From IMG/VR virus record IMGVR_UViG_3300035497_000279, positions 1-64,000 of that record: a DNA stretch of 64,000 bases; one strand, given 5' to 3'. Position 1 is the first letter of the stretch. Every line of letters begins with the position of its first letter. The translations under genes and the position numbers were made by a program. The notes beneath the pieces are model-generated. The model did no database searches. It saw only the letters and a list, made by a program, of their open reading frames with translations, and was not told the DNA's origin. Origin of the DNA: a virus. Lineage: Duplodnaviria; Caudoviricetes. Shown one piece after another: positions 20,273 through 31,156 of the stretch.

Positions 20273-21337
20273 ATGTATGATCTTTTAGGAAATAATTTTA
20301 TAGATATGATCAAATCATTTTACCCAAATGCTAAACCAGCATCAGGTAGATCAGAGGTAGTTGTAAGATGCCCATTTTGTCAAGATTCTAAAAATCCAAA
20401 TCATGCTCATATGTATATATCAGTTCCAAGAACTGTTGAAGATTTATCACAATATCATTGTAAGTTATGTTCTGCACATGGGATATTTAATGATGATGTG
20501 TTAAGAAAATTAGGATGCTATAATAGTAATACATTAGTAGCAATATCTAAACACAATGCTGATATTATGAAACTTCCTAAATATAAGACATTAAAAAATA
20601 TAAATATATATCCGCTAAAGAACTCTATGATTACAGATAATAAATTCAGTCAGATGAAACTGAAATATATAAATGAACGTATTGGATCAAACTTTAGTTA
20701 TAATGATATCTTATCTCTAAAGATATTTATTAATCTATATGATGTGATAAATTATAATAAATTACAACTTAATAGAGATCAAAGAATATGTAATCAACTC
20801 AATAATAGTTTTATTGGGTTTATTTCATATGATAATTCATTTGCTACTCTTAGAAGAGTATTATTTACTAGAAATTTAGATAAATCTATTGATAAGAGAT
20901 ATATAAATTATAATCTTATAGATAAGATAGATGATAACAAAAATTTCTATATTATACCTACAAAGATAGATACAATGAATCCTAATAAAGTAAAGATTCA
21001 TATTACTGAGGGAGCATTTGATCTACTATCAGTATTTTATAATTTGAATAACTGTTGTATAGATCAATGTATTTATATTGCTAGTGGAGGGAAATCATAT
21101 AAACAGGCATTACAGTTTGTATTACATGAGACTGGTATAATGAATTATGAAATTCATATATATCCAGATAAAGATGTAAATGACTATGAATTATATAGAC
21201 TTATAATTTTAGGTATTCAGATGCTTCCAAGTAATATATTTATTCATAGAAATATGATGGATGGAGAAAAGGATTATGGTGTTCCAAAAGAAAGGATAAT
21301 AGATTCAGTTAATATGATTAGTGACGTATATGAATAA
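20273..21337 (+). CDS. DNA primase (zinc finger plus TOPRIM, DnaG-like)
   Basis: CPFC...H...CKLC zinc ribbon, ITEGAFD, YPDKD, KDYG. Confidence 0.82.
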   Translation: MYDLLGNNFIDMIKSFYPNAKPASGRSEVVVRCPFCQDSKNPNHAHMYISVPRTVEDLSQYHCKLCSAHGIFNDDVLRKLGCYNSNTLVAISKHNADIMKLPKYKTLKNINIYPLKNSMITDNKFSQMKLKYINERIGSNFSYNDILSLKIFINLYDVINYNKLQLNRDQRICNQLNNSFIGFISYDNSFATLRRVLFTRNLDKSIDKRYINYNLIDKIDDNKNFYIIPTKIDTMNPNKVKIHITEGAFDLLSVFYNLNNCCIDQCIYIASGGKSYKQALQFVLHETGIMNYEIHIYPDKDVNDYELYRLIILGIQMLPSNIFIHRNMMDGEKDYGVPKERIIDSVNMISDVYE

Positions 21338-21713
21338 TATGGAAAAGAATAAATTCTTTAAAGAGTGTATTGATTCTATTAAAATAGATCTAAGAAGTCC
21401 TAGAGAATTGTATGAAGATTCTATAGCATTTAGATACAACGATAAAGTTCCTATGGAATTAAGAGAGCATAATATAAGAAGAATAATGGTTAATGATGCT
21501 AGACACAAAATAGAGTCAGGTTATACACAGACAATAAAAGCTATAAGTAAAATGGATAAATATAATAGACAAAGAAATTATACTCTTTATAAGAACAATG
21601 TACTTCTCAAGATAGCAGAAGCTTATCCATTCTTAGAACAAGAATGCAGATCTCAGATGAGAAGAGAAGATATGGTAAGAATAGTAAATAATAAAAAGAA
21701 GCATTATTATTAG
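21321..21713 (+). CDS. Hypothetical protein
   Basis: ORF coupled to the primase gene. Confidence 0.65.
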   Translation: MTYMNNMEKNKFFKECIDSIKIDLRSPRELYEDSIAFRYNDKVPMELREHNIRRIMVNDARHKIESGYTQTIKAISKMDKYNRQRNYTLYKNNVLLKIAEAYPFLEQECRSQMRREDMVRIVNNKKKHYY

Positions 21714-21722
21714 GAGGATAAA

Positions 21723-22346
21723 ATGGGAAAGAAAAAGAAGAAAAATAATAACACCATGTCTATTTGGGACTATACAACCAAATCTAATTCAGAGAAATTT
21801 GCACAGGCATTTTCTCATAATGATAATAGATTCGCATCTTGTTATTGTGAGAATTGTTTTCATAAGCTAGGAGATATAGAATTCAAACAGACTTATTTTG
21901 TAAAGATAGTATCTAAAAATATCCCAACTAGCAAATTAGATCAGATGATGCCTAATGTACCACGTCTTGAAGAGTTTATGACAGAATGCCCAAAGTGCTC
22001 ACCTGATAGACCTACAAATCATGTAATATTAGATTACAATATTGGTAAGGTTATTCAATTACTTAATAGACTTAACCTTAGAACTATGTTCTGTTGTGAA
22101 GGGCATATAACGAACACAGGATTTGAGCAACCGTATATATTATTCTATGACAATGTATCCAGATATTTTGATATGGATAATGAATTACTTAAATGGTGGA
22201 GGATTGAGAACTTCATTACTGAAACTCCTGCGACTAGAAGCAGATTATGTATAACCTTTGATGCTCCAATGAGTTATGTTGTAAACGGATCTCATATAGA
22301 TGACTTATATAAATATATTAAGAAGTATATTAAGGAAAGCAAATAA
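21723..22346 (+). CDS. Zinc-ribbon protein with a T-x-x-C-C-E-G-H motif (paralog 1)
   Basis: CENC/CPKC pairs, IQLLNRLNLRTMFCCEGH. Confidence 0.7.
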   Translation: MGKKKKKNNNTMSIWDYTTKSNSEKFAQAFSHNDNRFASCYCENCFHKLGDIEFKQTYFVKIVSKNIPTSKLDQMMPNVPRLEEFMTECPKCSPDRPTNHVILDYNIGKVIQLLNRLNLRTMFCCEGHITNTGFEQPYILFYDNVSRYFDMDNELLKWWRIENFITETPATRSRLCITFDAPMSYVVNGSHIDDLYKYIKKYIKESK

Positions 22347-22363
22347 GGGAAGGCAGGCAAAAT

Positions 22364-23296
22364 ATGGAAGAAAAATATTATAAAAGGTATTATTATTTAG
22401 GGTATTTATTTGTAGAACCAACACAAGGTTCTGAAGGGTATGGTCATTATGAAGATTATGCCTTATGTTCAGGAACAACACCATTAGAAGTAGTTACAGA
22501 TTATTTTGAAAAGGCAAAAGAATTGTACGAAGAAATAGCATACAGTGATTTTAATAAAGATAATATTATAGTTAAAGAAAATGGCGAATTCTATTATAAT
22601 GATTATTTTAATTTCTATTTCATACAATTACCTAATAATTGCTATTTAGCTCAACCATTAGATATAATCACAAAGAATGAAAGAAAAAACAATAATAGTG
22701 CACAATTTTATGATTATACATCAAAATTGCATAAAGAGGAATTTGTTCAAGAATTCTTTAATAATGATACTAGACATGCGTCCTGTTATTGTTCTAAATG
22801 CTTCCATAAATTAGGTGATATAGAATTTAAGCAAGCTTATTTTGCAAAGGTACAATCTAAGAATATTTCAAGTGAAAAATTAGATACTATTATACCACCC
22901 GTACCAATGTTTGAAAATTTTATGATTGAATGTCAAAATTGTTCACCTGATACTCCTACAAAACATATAGTCTTAGATTACAATATTGGCAAAGTTATTC
23001 AATTACTTAATCAACTTGGAATAGAAACTAAATATTCATGCGAAAGCCATTTAAATGCAACTGGGTTTGTTCAACCATATATTTTGTTTTGTAATGATGT
23101 ATCTAATTATTTTGATTTTGATAATAAACTTCTTAAATGGTGGAGAATTGAAGAATCCACACCATCAGGTTCAACCGATGTATTAAGTAAATTATACATA
23201 GATTCTGAAGCCCCAATAAGTTATATACAAGGAGGGATTTATATTGATGATTTATATAAATATATAGAAATATTTGTTGTAAATAAACTTAGATAA
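22364..23296 (+). CDS. Paralog 2 of the preceding gene with an extra N-terminal domain
   Basis: C-terminal ~190 aa align with 21723..22346 (CFHKLGDIEFKQ, LDYNIGKVIQLLN, LLKWWRIE). Confidence 0.75.
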   Translation: MEEKYYKRYYYLGYLFVEPTQGSEGYGHYEDYALCSGTTPLEVVTDYFEKAKELYEEIAYSDFNKDNIIVKENGEFYYNDYFNFYFIQLPNNCYLAQPLDIITKNERKNNNSAQFYDYTSKLHKEEFVQEFFNNDTRHASCYCSKCFHKLGDIEFKQAYFAKVQSKNISSEKLDTIIPPVPMFENFMIECQNCSPDTPTKHIVLDYNIGKVIQLLNQLGIETKYSCESHLNATGFVQPYILFCNDVSNYFDFDNKLLKWWRIEESTPSGSTDVLSKLYIDSEAPISYIQGGIYIDDLYKYIEIFVVNKLR

Positions 23297-23363
23297 ATTA
23301 TTTATAGGGTAGGGTTAATTCCCTGCCCTATACTATTATTTTTGTGTAATATGGCTTAAATTG

Positions 23364-23375
23364 AACATTTTAATA
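23364..23375 (+). promoter_or_regulatory. Late promoter AACA-N6-TA
   Basis: AACAttttaaTA after a terminator and before the SD. Confidence 0.65.
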
Positions 23376-23405
23376 AATTATTATCTCTAGAAAGGAGGTA
23401 GATTA

Positions 23406-24695
23406 ATGGCTGGAAGATTCACTAATACTGATAGAACTGGAGTATTGACTCAACACTCCATATCGAATAGCATTCAAACTACTGTAAAAAATATATTAAA
23501 TAATCCATATTATTTGTTCTCTGATAAGAGAGCTTCTAAATGCGCATATTATAATCTTAATAGTACTATGACTACATTTGATGAAGCAACCAGAGGAAAT
23601 TTTGGAGAGATAAGCACTGATAGTCCTCTTAGATATAATAAAGTTTCAGACTTTTATATTTATGGAATGACTAAAATTGAACCTAATCTTGATGTAGGAG
23701 AATATGGATTAGAGGCTAATGATATTAGTGGAGATGCTATTATATTACCATATACATTGGTTCCGTATCCTGGAGATTTCTTTTATCTTGATCAGATAGA
23801 TGGTCCTCTTTTATTTAAAGTTACAGGAGTGGATCCTAATACTTTAGATACTGGAGCTGTGATGTATAAAGTTACTTATACATTATCCTCATCAGATGGT
23901 ATAGAGAATCTTGAATCTCAAGTTATAAATAAGCTTAAGTTCATGATTAAGAATATCGGAACTAATTTTGCTAGTTTTATAGATGAAGAAACTTATAATG
24001 ATGCTTCAGAGATGGAAGAATTATCCACTCTAATGAAGGATTATTATATATCATTATTTTATGATGCAAAGATTCAATCTTTTTCATTCAATTATAGTAA
24101 TAATGGTACAGTTGGAGGAGCAATGCGTAACCAATATGGCTATAATGAATTTATGGGGTTTAAAGTCTATGATCCTTATTTAATTGAATTCCTTATCAGG
24201 AATAAGATTGTTAAAGGATCGACCAACTATATTGCTGTTCAGCATCAAATGATATTACCAAATTCATTTCCTATAGACTATGATAGAACGTTTTTTGCAT
24301 CTTTAGAAAGACATGATATAACTAATCATCATGGTACATATATAGGAAATCTTCATAGATGTGATCAGCGTTTATCATTATTATATGCTTATCCATTTGA
24401 TTATTATTATATGGAGTATAGAAATCTAAGTAGAGCTTTTTATACTATTAATATATTTGATGATCCTGATTTTACCAATATTATCAAATCTAATTCTCAA
24501 GTAGATGATGATAGTTGGGTTATGAGGAATATTATTATCAAATATTTTAATGATGAAGAAATTACTTTAGATTATTTAAAAAATCTTAAGCATATTGATT
24601 ATGCACAGAATAAAGAATTATTCTATCTTATACCGATGGTTATTTTCTGCATTGATAAGACTGTAGAAGGTCTAATGTCAGAAACATCTAGTTAA
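23406..24695 (+). CDS. Putative virion neck/head-closure protein (T4 gp14-like)
   Basis: PYPGDFF...LFKVTGV motif typical of head-closure folds; late promoter. Confidence 0.5.
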   Translation: MAGRFTNTDRTGVLTQHSISNSIQTTVKNILNNPYYLFSDKRASKCAYYNLNSTMTTFDEATRGNFGEISTDSPLRYNKVSDFYIYGMTKIEPNLDVGEYGLEANDISGDAIILPYTLVPYPGDFFYLDQIDGPLLFKVTGVDPNTLDTGAVMYKVTYTLSSSDGIENLESQVINKLKFMIKNIGTNFASFIDEETYNDASEMEELSTLMKDYYISLFYDAKIQSFSFNYSNNGTVGGAMRNQYGYNEFMGFKVYDPYLIEFLIRNKIVKGSTNYIAVQHQMILPNSFPIDYDRTFFASLERHDITNHHGTYIGNLHRCDQRLSLLYAYPFDYYYMEYRNLSRAFYTINIFDDPDFTNIIKSNSQVDDDSWVMRNIIIKYFNDEEITLDYLKNLKHIDYAQNKELFYLIPMVIFCIDKTVEGLMSETSS

Positions 24696-24708
24696 TGGAG
24701 GTGTATAT

Positions 24709-24924
24709 ATGATAATTGCTAAAGAGGGAGTGGTACGCACTCCTATAGAACAATTACTTCTAAATGAAATGGAAGAAGATGACATGAACTCAATAATGAG
24801 AGAAGAATCTGAAATTGATGCTATTATAGATTCATCTACAGATAAAGGATTATTTAATAATACTATATCTGGTGATGGATTAGAGCATATTGATGATTTA
24901 GAAGATGCCGATTATTTATTCTAA
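24709..24924 (+). CDS. Small acidic late protein
   Basis: SD GGAGG; acidic; LLNE site. Confidence 0.65.
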   Translation: MIIAKEGVVRTPIEQLLLNEMEEDDMNSIMREESEIDAIIDSSTDKGLFNNTISGDGLEHIDDLEDADYLF

Positions 24925-24938
24925 CAGGAGGTAAAATC

Positions 24939-25253
24939 ATGGATGAGTTAATCAGAGAAGATAGTGCTATAGCTAACTACTTGGATGATGAAACAGATGA
25001 AATACAGGCAGCTATGGATGATGTCTTAGAAGATGATGGAAGTGATATTGATGATATTGCAGAAATCACAGATGAAGATGTCGATAATTTTGATTATGAT
25101 ATTGACGCAGAATCTCAATATTATGAAGATATTGATACCAATGATGTTGGTCCAGATGGTACTATTGATTATGAACTAGATGACGAAGAAGATGATGAGA
25201 ATTATGATATCGAAGATATTAATAATGCATTATTAGATGATGATGAATATTAA
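24939..25253 (+). CDS. Very acidic small late protein
   Basis: SD AGGAGG; D/E-rich. Confidence 0.7.
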   Translation: MDELIREDSAIANYLDDETDEIQAAMDDVLEDDGSDIDDIAEITDEDVDNFDYDIDAESQYYEDIDTNDVGPDGTIDYELDDEEDDENYDIEDINNALLDDDEY

Positions 25254-25269
25254 AAGGAGGATTAGAACA

Positions 25270-25755
25270 ATGCCAAATAATAACTATCCAAATGTAAAGA
25301 AGGTAAATATTATTCCTTCTAGACCTATCACTTCAGTTAACCCGCCAATTAGAAGTGCTGTACGTAGAGTATATAAAACTTTAGATGAAATCAGACAGTG
25401 TATGATTAGTCGCGCAGTGGTTCAGGAGATTCTTGAAGATGGATCAGTTTTAGTACTTGATTTCTCTAATTATGCAAGTGATAATAGATTGAGCACAAAG
25501 CAGGCTGCTATTGATGCTGCTAAGAAGAAAGCTGAAGAGCAGAGAGCTGCTGCTATTGAGGAAACTAAAAAGAAAGCTGCTGAGGAAGCTGCTAAGAAGA
25601 AAGCTGCTGAAGAGCAGAGAGCTGCTGCTGAGCGTAAAGCTATTGAGGAAACTAAAAAGAAAGCTGCTGAGGAAGCTGCTAAGAAGAAAGAAGCAGAAAC
25701 TGTTAAGACAAATAATATTGAAGACAATAAGTCTGAGAATACTACTGAACAGTAA
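25270..25755 (+). CDS. Protein with a K/A/E-rich repeated helical tail
   Basis: AIEETKKKAAEEAAKKK present twice; SD before ATG 25270. Confidence 0.75.
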   Translation: MPNNNYPNVKKVNIIPSRPITSVNPPIRSAVRRVYKTLDEIRQCMISRAVVQEILEDGSVLVLDFSNYASDNRLSTKQAAIDAAKKKAEEQRAAAIEETKKKAAEEAAKKKAAEEQRAAAERKAIEETKKKAAEEAAKKKEAETVKTNNIEDNKSENTTEQ

Positions 25756-25917
25756 GAGAAGAAGTAATATTATAATAATTAAATTGCATATTATATACTT
25801 GATGGAGATAGCTATAAGCTATCTCCATACTATATCTTCAGAAAGGAGGTATAGGTATAGAAGATGAAAGCTGCATCGGCGTTGAGAGTTGAGCAATAAC
25901 CATGAGGAGGTGTTTGA

Positions 25918-26232
25918 ATGATACGCCAAAGCTTATTATCAGAGCTACCAGAATATGGAATCAAGTATGGAATATTTAAATACTCTATAGCTAGATTATT
26001 AGATTATCTTGATGATCATGGGCTGAACCATAACTATGAAAACAGATGGTTCAAATTCTGGCAGTTTGAAGCCTATAGCTATCTTCTTTATAAGCCATCA
26101 GGCATACTATTATCCTAGTTGACTATTGGAGAAGATAGCGATATCGTACAGTCAAATGTGATGTTGTACAAAGAAGAGTACAACAAAATCATAGAAACGT
26201 TTTTAGAAACGATATTGTGCGATAAAAACTGA
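25918..26232 (+). pseudogene. ORF interrupted by an in-frame TAG (26116-26118)
   Basis: Frame continues for 37 sense codons after the TAG to TGA 26230-26232, just before a terminator. Confidence 0.5.
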
Positions 26233-26292
26233 ATAGGAAGAATAACCCGTAGGCTATTATGCCTACGGGAAATCTTCTGTTTCATTTTTTTT

Positions 26293-28352
26293 TTAAAATT
26301 GTGGATCCGTAAGTTTAGTTCCTGGTAATACCATTGTAAGACTATATATTGCTTGTATTGCTTCTTTATCTGCTTTACGTCCATTGACGCCGCCTAATGT
26401 AATATATTGAGCATTAGAGTTCATATATTCATTAAGTTCTTTATTTGCTTCTACACTATATGCAACTTTACAAGTAACCTGATCACCATCAAAATCGGCT
26501 CCCATCAATATGCAATATGGATTACAAACTTGCATAGTATCAATAAATTTATTAGCAGTATTAGAACCTATATCCTGCTGACGTATTTTAGGATACCATT
26601 GGTAAAATACACCATTCACTATCATAGGTTCTGTTCTAGTCATAGAATTAATATGTATCTTAGTATACAGTTGGTTGAAGTATGAATCTCAATGTCTTCA
26701 CATAGGTCGTTAATCTATGCAGTTCTCTTATGAACTTCCTTAGTATTTCTCTAAGAGTTGAGACTATATCACTATCCATTATAATGGATATTGCTTGTTT
26801 TGATTTAAAGGGTTCTCACCTACTCACTTGAGCCCTACTCCTGTTGCTGAATTTCACAGCCCATATGGGGATAGTCGTTGAACATCAATAATTATTAATG
26901 TGCTGATCGTACATTGTTAATAGACCTTAGGACCTTGTATATCCTACTTCAAAATATACAAAGCTTTTATTTCACCATAGCCCATCTCTCTACTTGTTTC
27001 TATCTTTCGATTCCATATAGGCAAGAGAGCTTTAGCATTTTCCAGCTGTTAAAGCAATTTTCGACACACTATTACTAGTATGAAGCCACAAATTTACTTA
27101 TGGGGTATCTGCTTATAATAGCAACTTTATCTTCAGCAGCAGCACATGCAGCAATATAGAACAAATCCACCCATGTCATATCACGTTCCATTATATTGCC
27201 TTTCTCTCTTATGCCTGCCGCATATTCATCTTTAGTGATTGAATATCCTTTAAAGTGTAGATTAATATCTTTATTCTGTTTATTAGGAACTTTTATAGGT
27301 TTTAATCTATTAGAATACCCATGCACAAATTCATTCAATTCTTTATCTAATCTATCATCAGAAAATTCAATCTGGATATTATCTAATTCTACTTCCTGTT
27401 GTTTGCCATTCTTATCTATATATGGGTAAGTTGCTTTACCTCCAAATTCATTATTAAAGAACTGCCTTAGTTGGTATATAACAAATGGATACATTGTAAC
27501 TAGAGCTGCTGGTAATGGTATAGCTGAATAATCCATATCTACCATTAGATCTTCTTTTTTATTAACGTTAATTTTCTGAGAAGATAAAACCAATCTAGTA
27601 GAGTTATCTACAGTTCCAGACATTACAGAACGTCTCATTACACCAAACTTTTTAAATATACCACTTCCAGTATGTTCTCCACCAACAACAGATTCACCAA
27701 GAGTAAACCAGTTAAATATTTCAAGCATCCCATCTTGAATTTTTCCTCTAACTCCTCCTGCTAAATCTAATCCATATTCTGTTGTTTCTTTAAGAGCTTT
27801 TATATTATTTAAAAGATGCACATACAATTTATTAATTTCACCAACTCCAACTCTACCACCATTAGTATTAACATCTCTATAGAATGGAGGAATGATGATA
27901 AATTTAGTAGTAAATAACTTTTTGTTATTTTTAGCATAATGTAAAGCTGACAAGAATTGATCTTTTTTAGAGTTCTTGAAATTAATTTTATCAATATTTT
28001 TGATAATGAATTTTATACCTGTCTCTCCATCATAATCTGGAACTAAATAGCCATTAGAATCTATCTTAAAGTTTTGTGTCTCATATATACAACCTCTAAG
28101 ATTCTTATCTATCTTTAACCAGATTTTATAATAGTATGGATTGATAAATTTTTCACCAAGATCTACATAAGCAAATATGCCAGATCGTTCAGCTTTAGTA
28201 ATACCAAAGATCTCATTACTAAGTAAACCATCTGAAGTTGGACCATTGCTAGAATTAAATAATGCTGAGTTTGTAATTTGTTGCAAATCATTCTCTTTAA
28301 TTAATCTAGGCTGATCCAGCTGATCAATTTCAAAATGTTTATTACTAGCCAT
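26293..28352 (-). CDS. rpoC: Multisubunit RNA polymerase beta'-like subunit with the catalytic motif, probably virion RNAP; exons 28352-27100 and 26689-26293
   Basis: DGLLSNEIFG, IPPFYRD, splice-restored SRYPIDSYFNQ, GADFDGD; 549 aa after splicing; late promoter at 28384-28395. Confidence 0.88.
26690..27099 (-). ncRNA. ORF-less group I intron (410 nt)
   Basis: P1 ccaU/Gugg, cagctggaaaa, atcagcac, gttcaacgactat, gatatagtct, terminal G at 26690; removal restores the reading frame. Confidence 0.88.
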
Positions 28353-28383
28353 TTAATTAGCCACCTCCCTTTATATATTAATT

Positions 28384-28434
28384 TACTTATTTGTTTTTCA
28401 AATGTATTAATAATGGAATCAATTATATATTATA
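28384..28434. promoter_or_regulatory. Divergent late (minus) and early (plus) promoters
   Basis: AACAaataagTA on minus at 28384-28395; TATATTATA on plus at 28426-28434 followed by GTAGTAGTA. Confidence 0.6.
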
Positions 28435-28482
28435 ATGGTGTAGTAGTAGATTAAATATATTATATCTAAGGAGGAAAAATAA

Positions 28483-29091
28483 ATGAGAACACTTACTGAA
28501 ATATTTAAAGAGGAACTTAATCGTTTTAATAGTACTGAGGCTATAGAAATGGCTGTAGAAGTACTGGATAGTAAAATTGATTGTGATTATGATAAGTATC
28601 AACATGTAATATTTTTAGCGCATAAATGTACAGAGCATTATAAACCCACCATTAAAAAGTGGTATTATGATCTCAAACAAAACCAATTAGGTTATGACAA
28701 ATTAAAAGAAGCAGTAGATAGTGGCATGTATGATATTAGTGATGAAGAGTTCAATAAGATTGCTAGTATCTATTACCCATATGCAAAGTTAGCTATTACC
28801 ATTGATGATATTATACAAAGTATAATAGATCTTGATATGGATGATCACTTATATCTAAGTCTCAAATTAATATTAGAAAATGATGTCTTATTTGCTATTG
28901 GTAAATGCATAGTGAAAAGTGAGCTGAGAAGATATGTTAAAGAAATCAAAGAGCGTGAGGATGATAAAGCTGATGAAAACACTGACTCTTACATGTCAAC
29001 TTCAAGAGCTGCGCAATGTATGCCAAGTATGAATGAGAGTATTCCTTATAGATATAGGAAGAGAATAATTATGCCTAAAAATGAGGAATAA
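28483..29091 (+). CDS. Hypothetical early protein
   Basis: SD, early promoter, terminator. Confidence 0.75.
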   Translation: MRTLTEIFKEELNRFNSTEAIEMAVEVLDSKIDCDYDKYQHVIFLAHKCTEHYKPTIKKWYYDLKQNQLGYDKLKEAVDSGMYDISDEEFNKIASIYYPYAKLAITIDDIIQSIIDLDMDDHLYLSLKLILENDVLFAIGKCIVKSELRRYVKEIKEREDDKADENTDSYMSTSRAAQCMPSMNESIPYRYRKRIIMPKNEE

Positions 29092-29149
29092 ATATTAGAA
29101 TATAGCGCGGTTTATCACCGCGCTTATTTTTTTACTAAAGGAGGAAATT

Positions 29150-29584
29150 ATGAAAAAGATTAAATGGTACTATTCGCGTACAAAGAAAATGCTAATAGAA
29201 TTAGAAAATATACAGGAGGAAATTGCAAGACTTAATCTTACCATCAATAAACCAAAATTAGGCAATTATGTTACTACTACACAAGCATTTAATTGTCTAA
29301 AAGATAATGAAACAGTTAACAGGGCTGCTTTATCTTATATTGGAGATGTGATTGAAGGGAAAGCAGATCCAAAACATATTCCACATGCTACGCCAGGTTT
29401 TAATGATAAATCATACCACAAAATTCCAGATCCTGAACTTTTTTGGCGTACTTTTGAAAAATATTGTCACGATATGACAGTATATGTTTCTGTAAATGCT
29501 GAAAGAAAAGAACGTCTCATTGAACTTAAAAATATGGAGACTGATTTAAAATATATTTTGGGAATTGATAGGAGGTATTATTGA
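29150..29584 (+). CDS. Hypothetical protein
   Basis: AAGGAGG SD; coiled-coil-like ends. Confidence 0.7.
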   Translation: MKKIKWYYSRTKKMLIELENIQEEIARLNLTINKPKLGNYVTTTQAFNCLKDNETVNRAALSYIGDVIEGKADPKHIPHATPGFNDKSYHKIPDPELFWRTFEKYCHDMTVYVSVNAERKERLIELKNMETDLKYILGIDRRYY

Positions 29585-30036
29585 TGTTTAATTATGAGGA
29601 GTTTATAAATAATAATAAAAAATTAGATGAAGATGTAGATGTGCAAGTTCTTGCTTACATATATAACTTTCTCACATGCAAATCAAAAACTAATGATGAT
29701 ATCGAATTAATACGTTCTTTATTTTTAGATGAATACGGTTATTATTTTGCGTATATGCTTAAAATTGCATTTAAACGTGGAGATGTTTGTTGTACTGTAG
29801 ATAACCATTTTATATGGTTGGATGATGATTTTATTGCTTATGATATAAATGGTGTTTCCCCAGATGATACTATTTTATTTTTAGCATCTAGTATTGCTGA
29901 TTTAAATAGACATAAGCATATTCCAATTGTATCTTCTCGTAATAATACTTCTCATAAATGGTCTTTTGATGATATATTGATGATGAAGAAATATAAATTG
30001 ATAAAGAGGGTAGGAGTTGTATTAAAGCATCATTAA
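29581..30036 (+). CDS. Hypothetical protein, degenerate papain-like family
   Basis: F..EYGYYFA..L, HF, YDING resemble GxCYxFA/H/D proteins but the Cys is absent. Confidence 0.5.
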   Translation: MMFNYEEFINNNKKLDEDVDVQVLAYIYNFLTCKSKTNDDIELIRSLFLDEYGYYFAYMLKIAFKRGDVCCTVDNHFIWLDDDFIAYDINGVSPDDTILFLASSIADLNRHKHIPIVSSRNNTSHKWSFDDILMMKKYKLIKRVGVVLKHH

Positions 30037-30192
30037 AAATAGGAGAATCATTAAATACTCTTGGTAATAAATTAAAAGATGTTTTATGTGATAAAAATGA
30101 TGATATGTAAAATTATATTTAATTAATGATATATTATATTTATAGATAACTAGTATAAAGAATAATAAAAAATAAGAAAGGAGGTACTAGTT

Positions 30193-31056
30193 ATGTTTAA
30201 ATTAATGGCAAAGATACCATACGGACAGAGCGTTTCAATTTCCACCGTCCCATGTGAAATCAATAAGGTAGACACGTTGATAACGTTCCCTGAAGGATCA
30301 GAAATTTCCAGATTTCCTTCTGGCGAATATACAGGATGTCATGGTCATTGTACTAGGTTCCCTTCCTATTACGGGGTTGATCCGGTTTCACTCTCATACC
30401 AGAACGCTATGATGCGGACCATGACGATTCCTGGACAGAACATTGGGAATGATGCGCCTATGCCATCATATAGTGATTGTATGAAAACCATGCTCATGCA
30501 TAACAATGTGGAAATCGGCAGATTACTTAAGTTTAATTTTGCTGGTAACTGGCTTTACGCTGTCATTACAGACATAAACGATGATGGTGAGATTCAGGTT
30601 ATAAGTGTGGACTCTATTCCTTATGAGCATTCGCTCGATCCAGCTACATCTAAGCAGAGTGTAATGGCAAAAATTGATAGTCTGGTTAGAGCTAACCTGA
30701 TGACCGATTACATCGGGATTGTCGTGAAAGATGTAGGGGTGCCTAAAGTTACTGATATTTTTGGGGATCCAGAGCACCCTCTTAGTCACACACCTATGTC
30801 TGTTGATGCGCTAAGAAAATCAAGAGAATTAGGCACCAATAGAGTGGTACCATATGCTGTTAGCAACGATGATTTGCCGGAGGGGTTTATGCTAGTTACC
30901 AAAATTGGCGACTTGTCACTTCTTTTACATGATGATCAGCTTGTTGATAATAGCAAACTCGGGTTCAGAATTAAACTTACACTCGAACCTTGCAGCATGA
31001 TCGAAAGATACATTGTCTATGATATGAACGAAATCAAAATTGCACTTCATATCTAA
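30193..31056 (+). CDS. Hypothetical early protein (paralog of 31157..31852)
   Basis: Shared KFNFAG, DIFGDP..PL..TPM and EIK.ALHI. Confidence 0.75.
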   Translation: MFKLMAKIPYGQSVSISTVPCEINKVDTLITFPEGSEISRFPSGEYTGCHGHCTRFPSYYGVDPVSLSYQNAMMRTMTIPGQNIGNDAPMPSYSDCMKTMLMHNNVEIGRLLKFNFAGNWLYAVITDINDDGEIQVISVDSIPYEHSLDPATSKQSVMAKIDSLVRANLMTDYIGIVVKDVGVPKVTDIFGDPEHPLSHTPMSVDALRKSRELGTNRVVPYAVSNDDLPEGFMLVTKIGDLSLLLHDDQLVDNSKLGFRIKLTLEPCSMIERYIVYDMNEIKIALHI

Positions 31057-31156
31057 GACGTGTGAGAAAATAATGCTGGTGTCAAACCCAGCATTATTTT
31101 TTTAGTAATATATTATAAATGTGTAAATAAACAATAAACAACTAAAGGAGGAAAAT

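Noticed and set aside
27075-27099. ORF-track termini SKFVASY (27075), QKYGRH...AF (18047-18097) and MKIW (19266)
   Set aside because: These are intron sequence read in frame, not parts of the mature proteins
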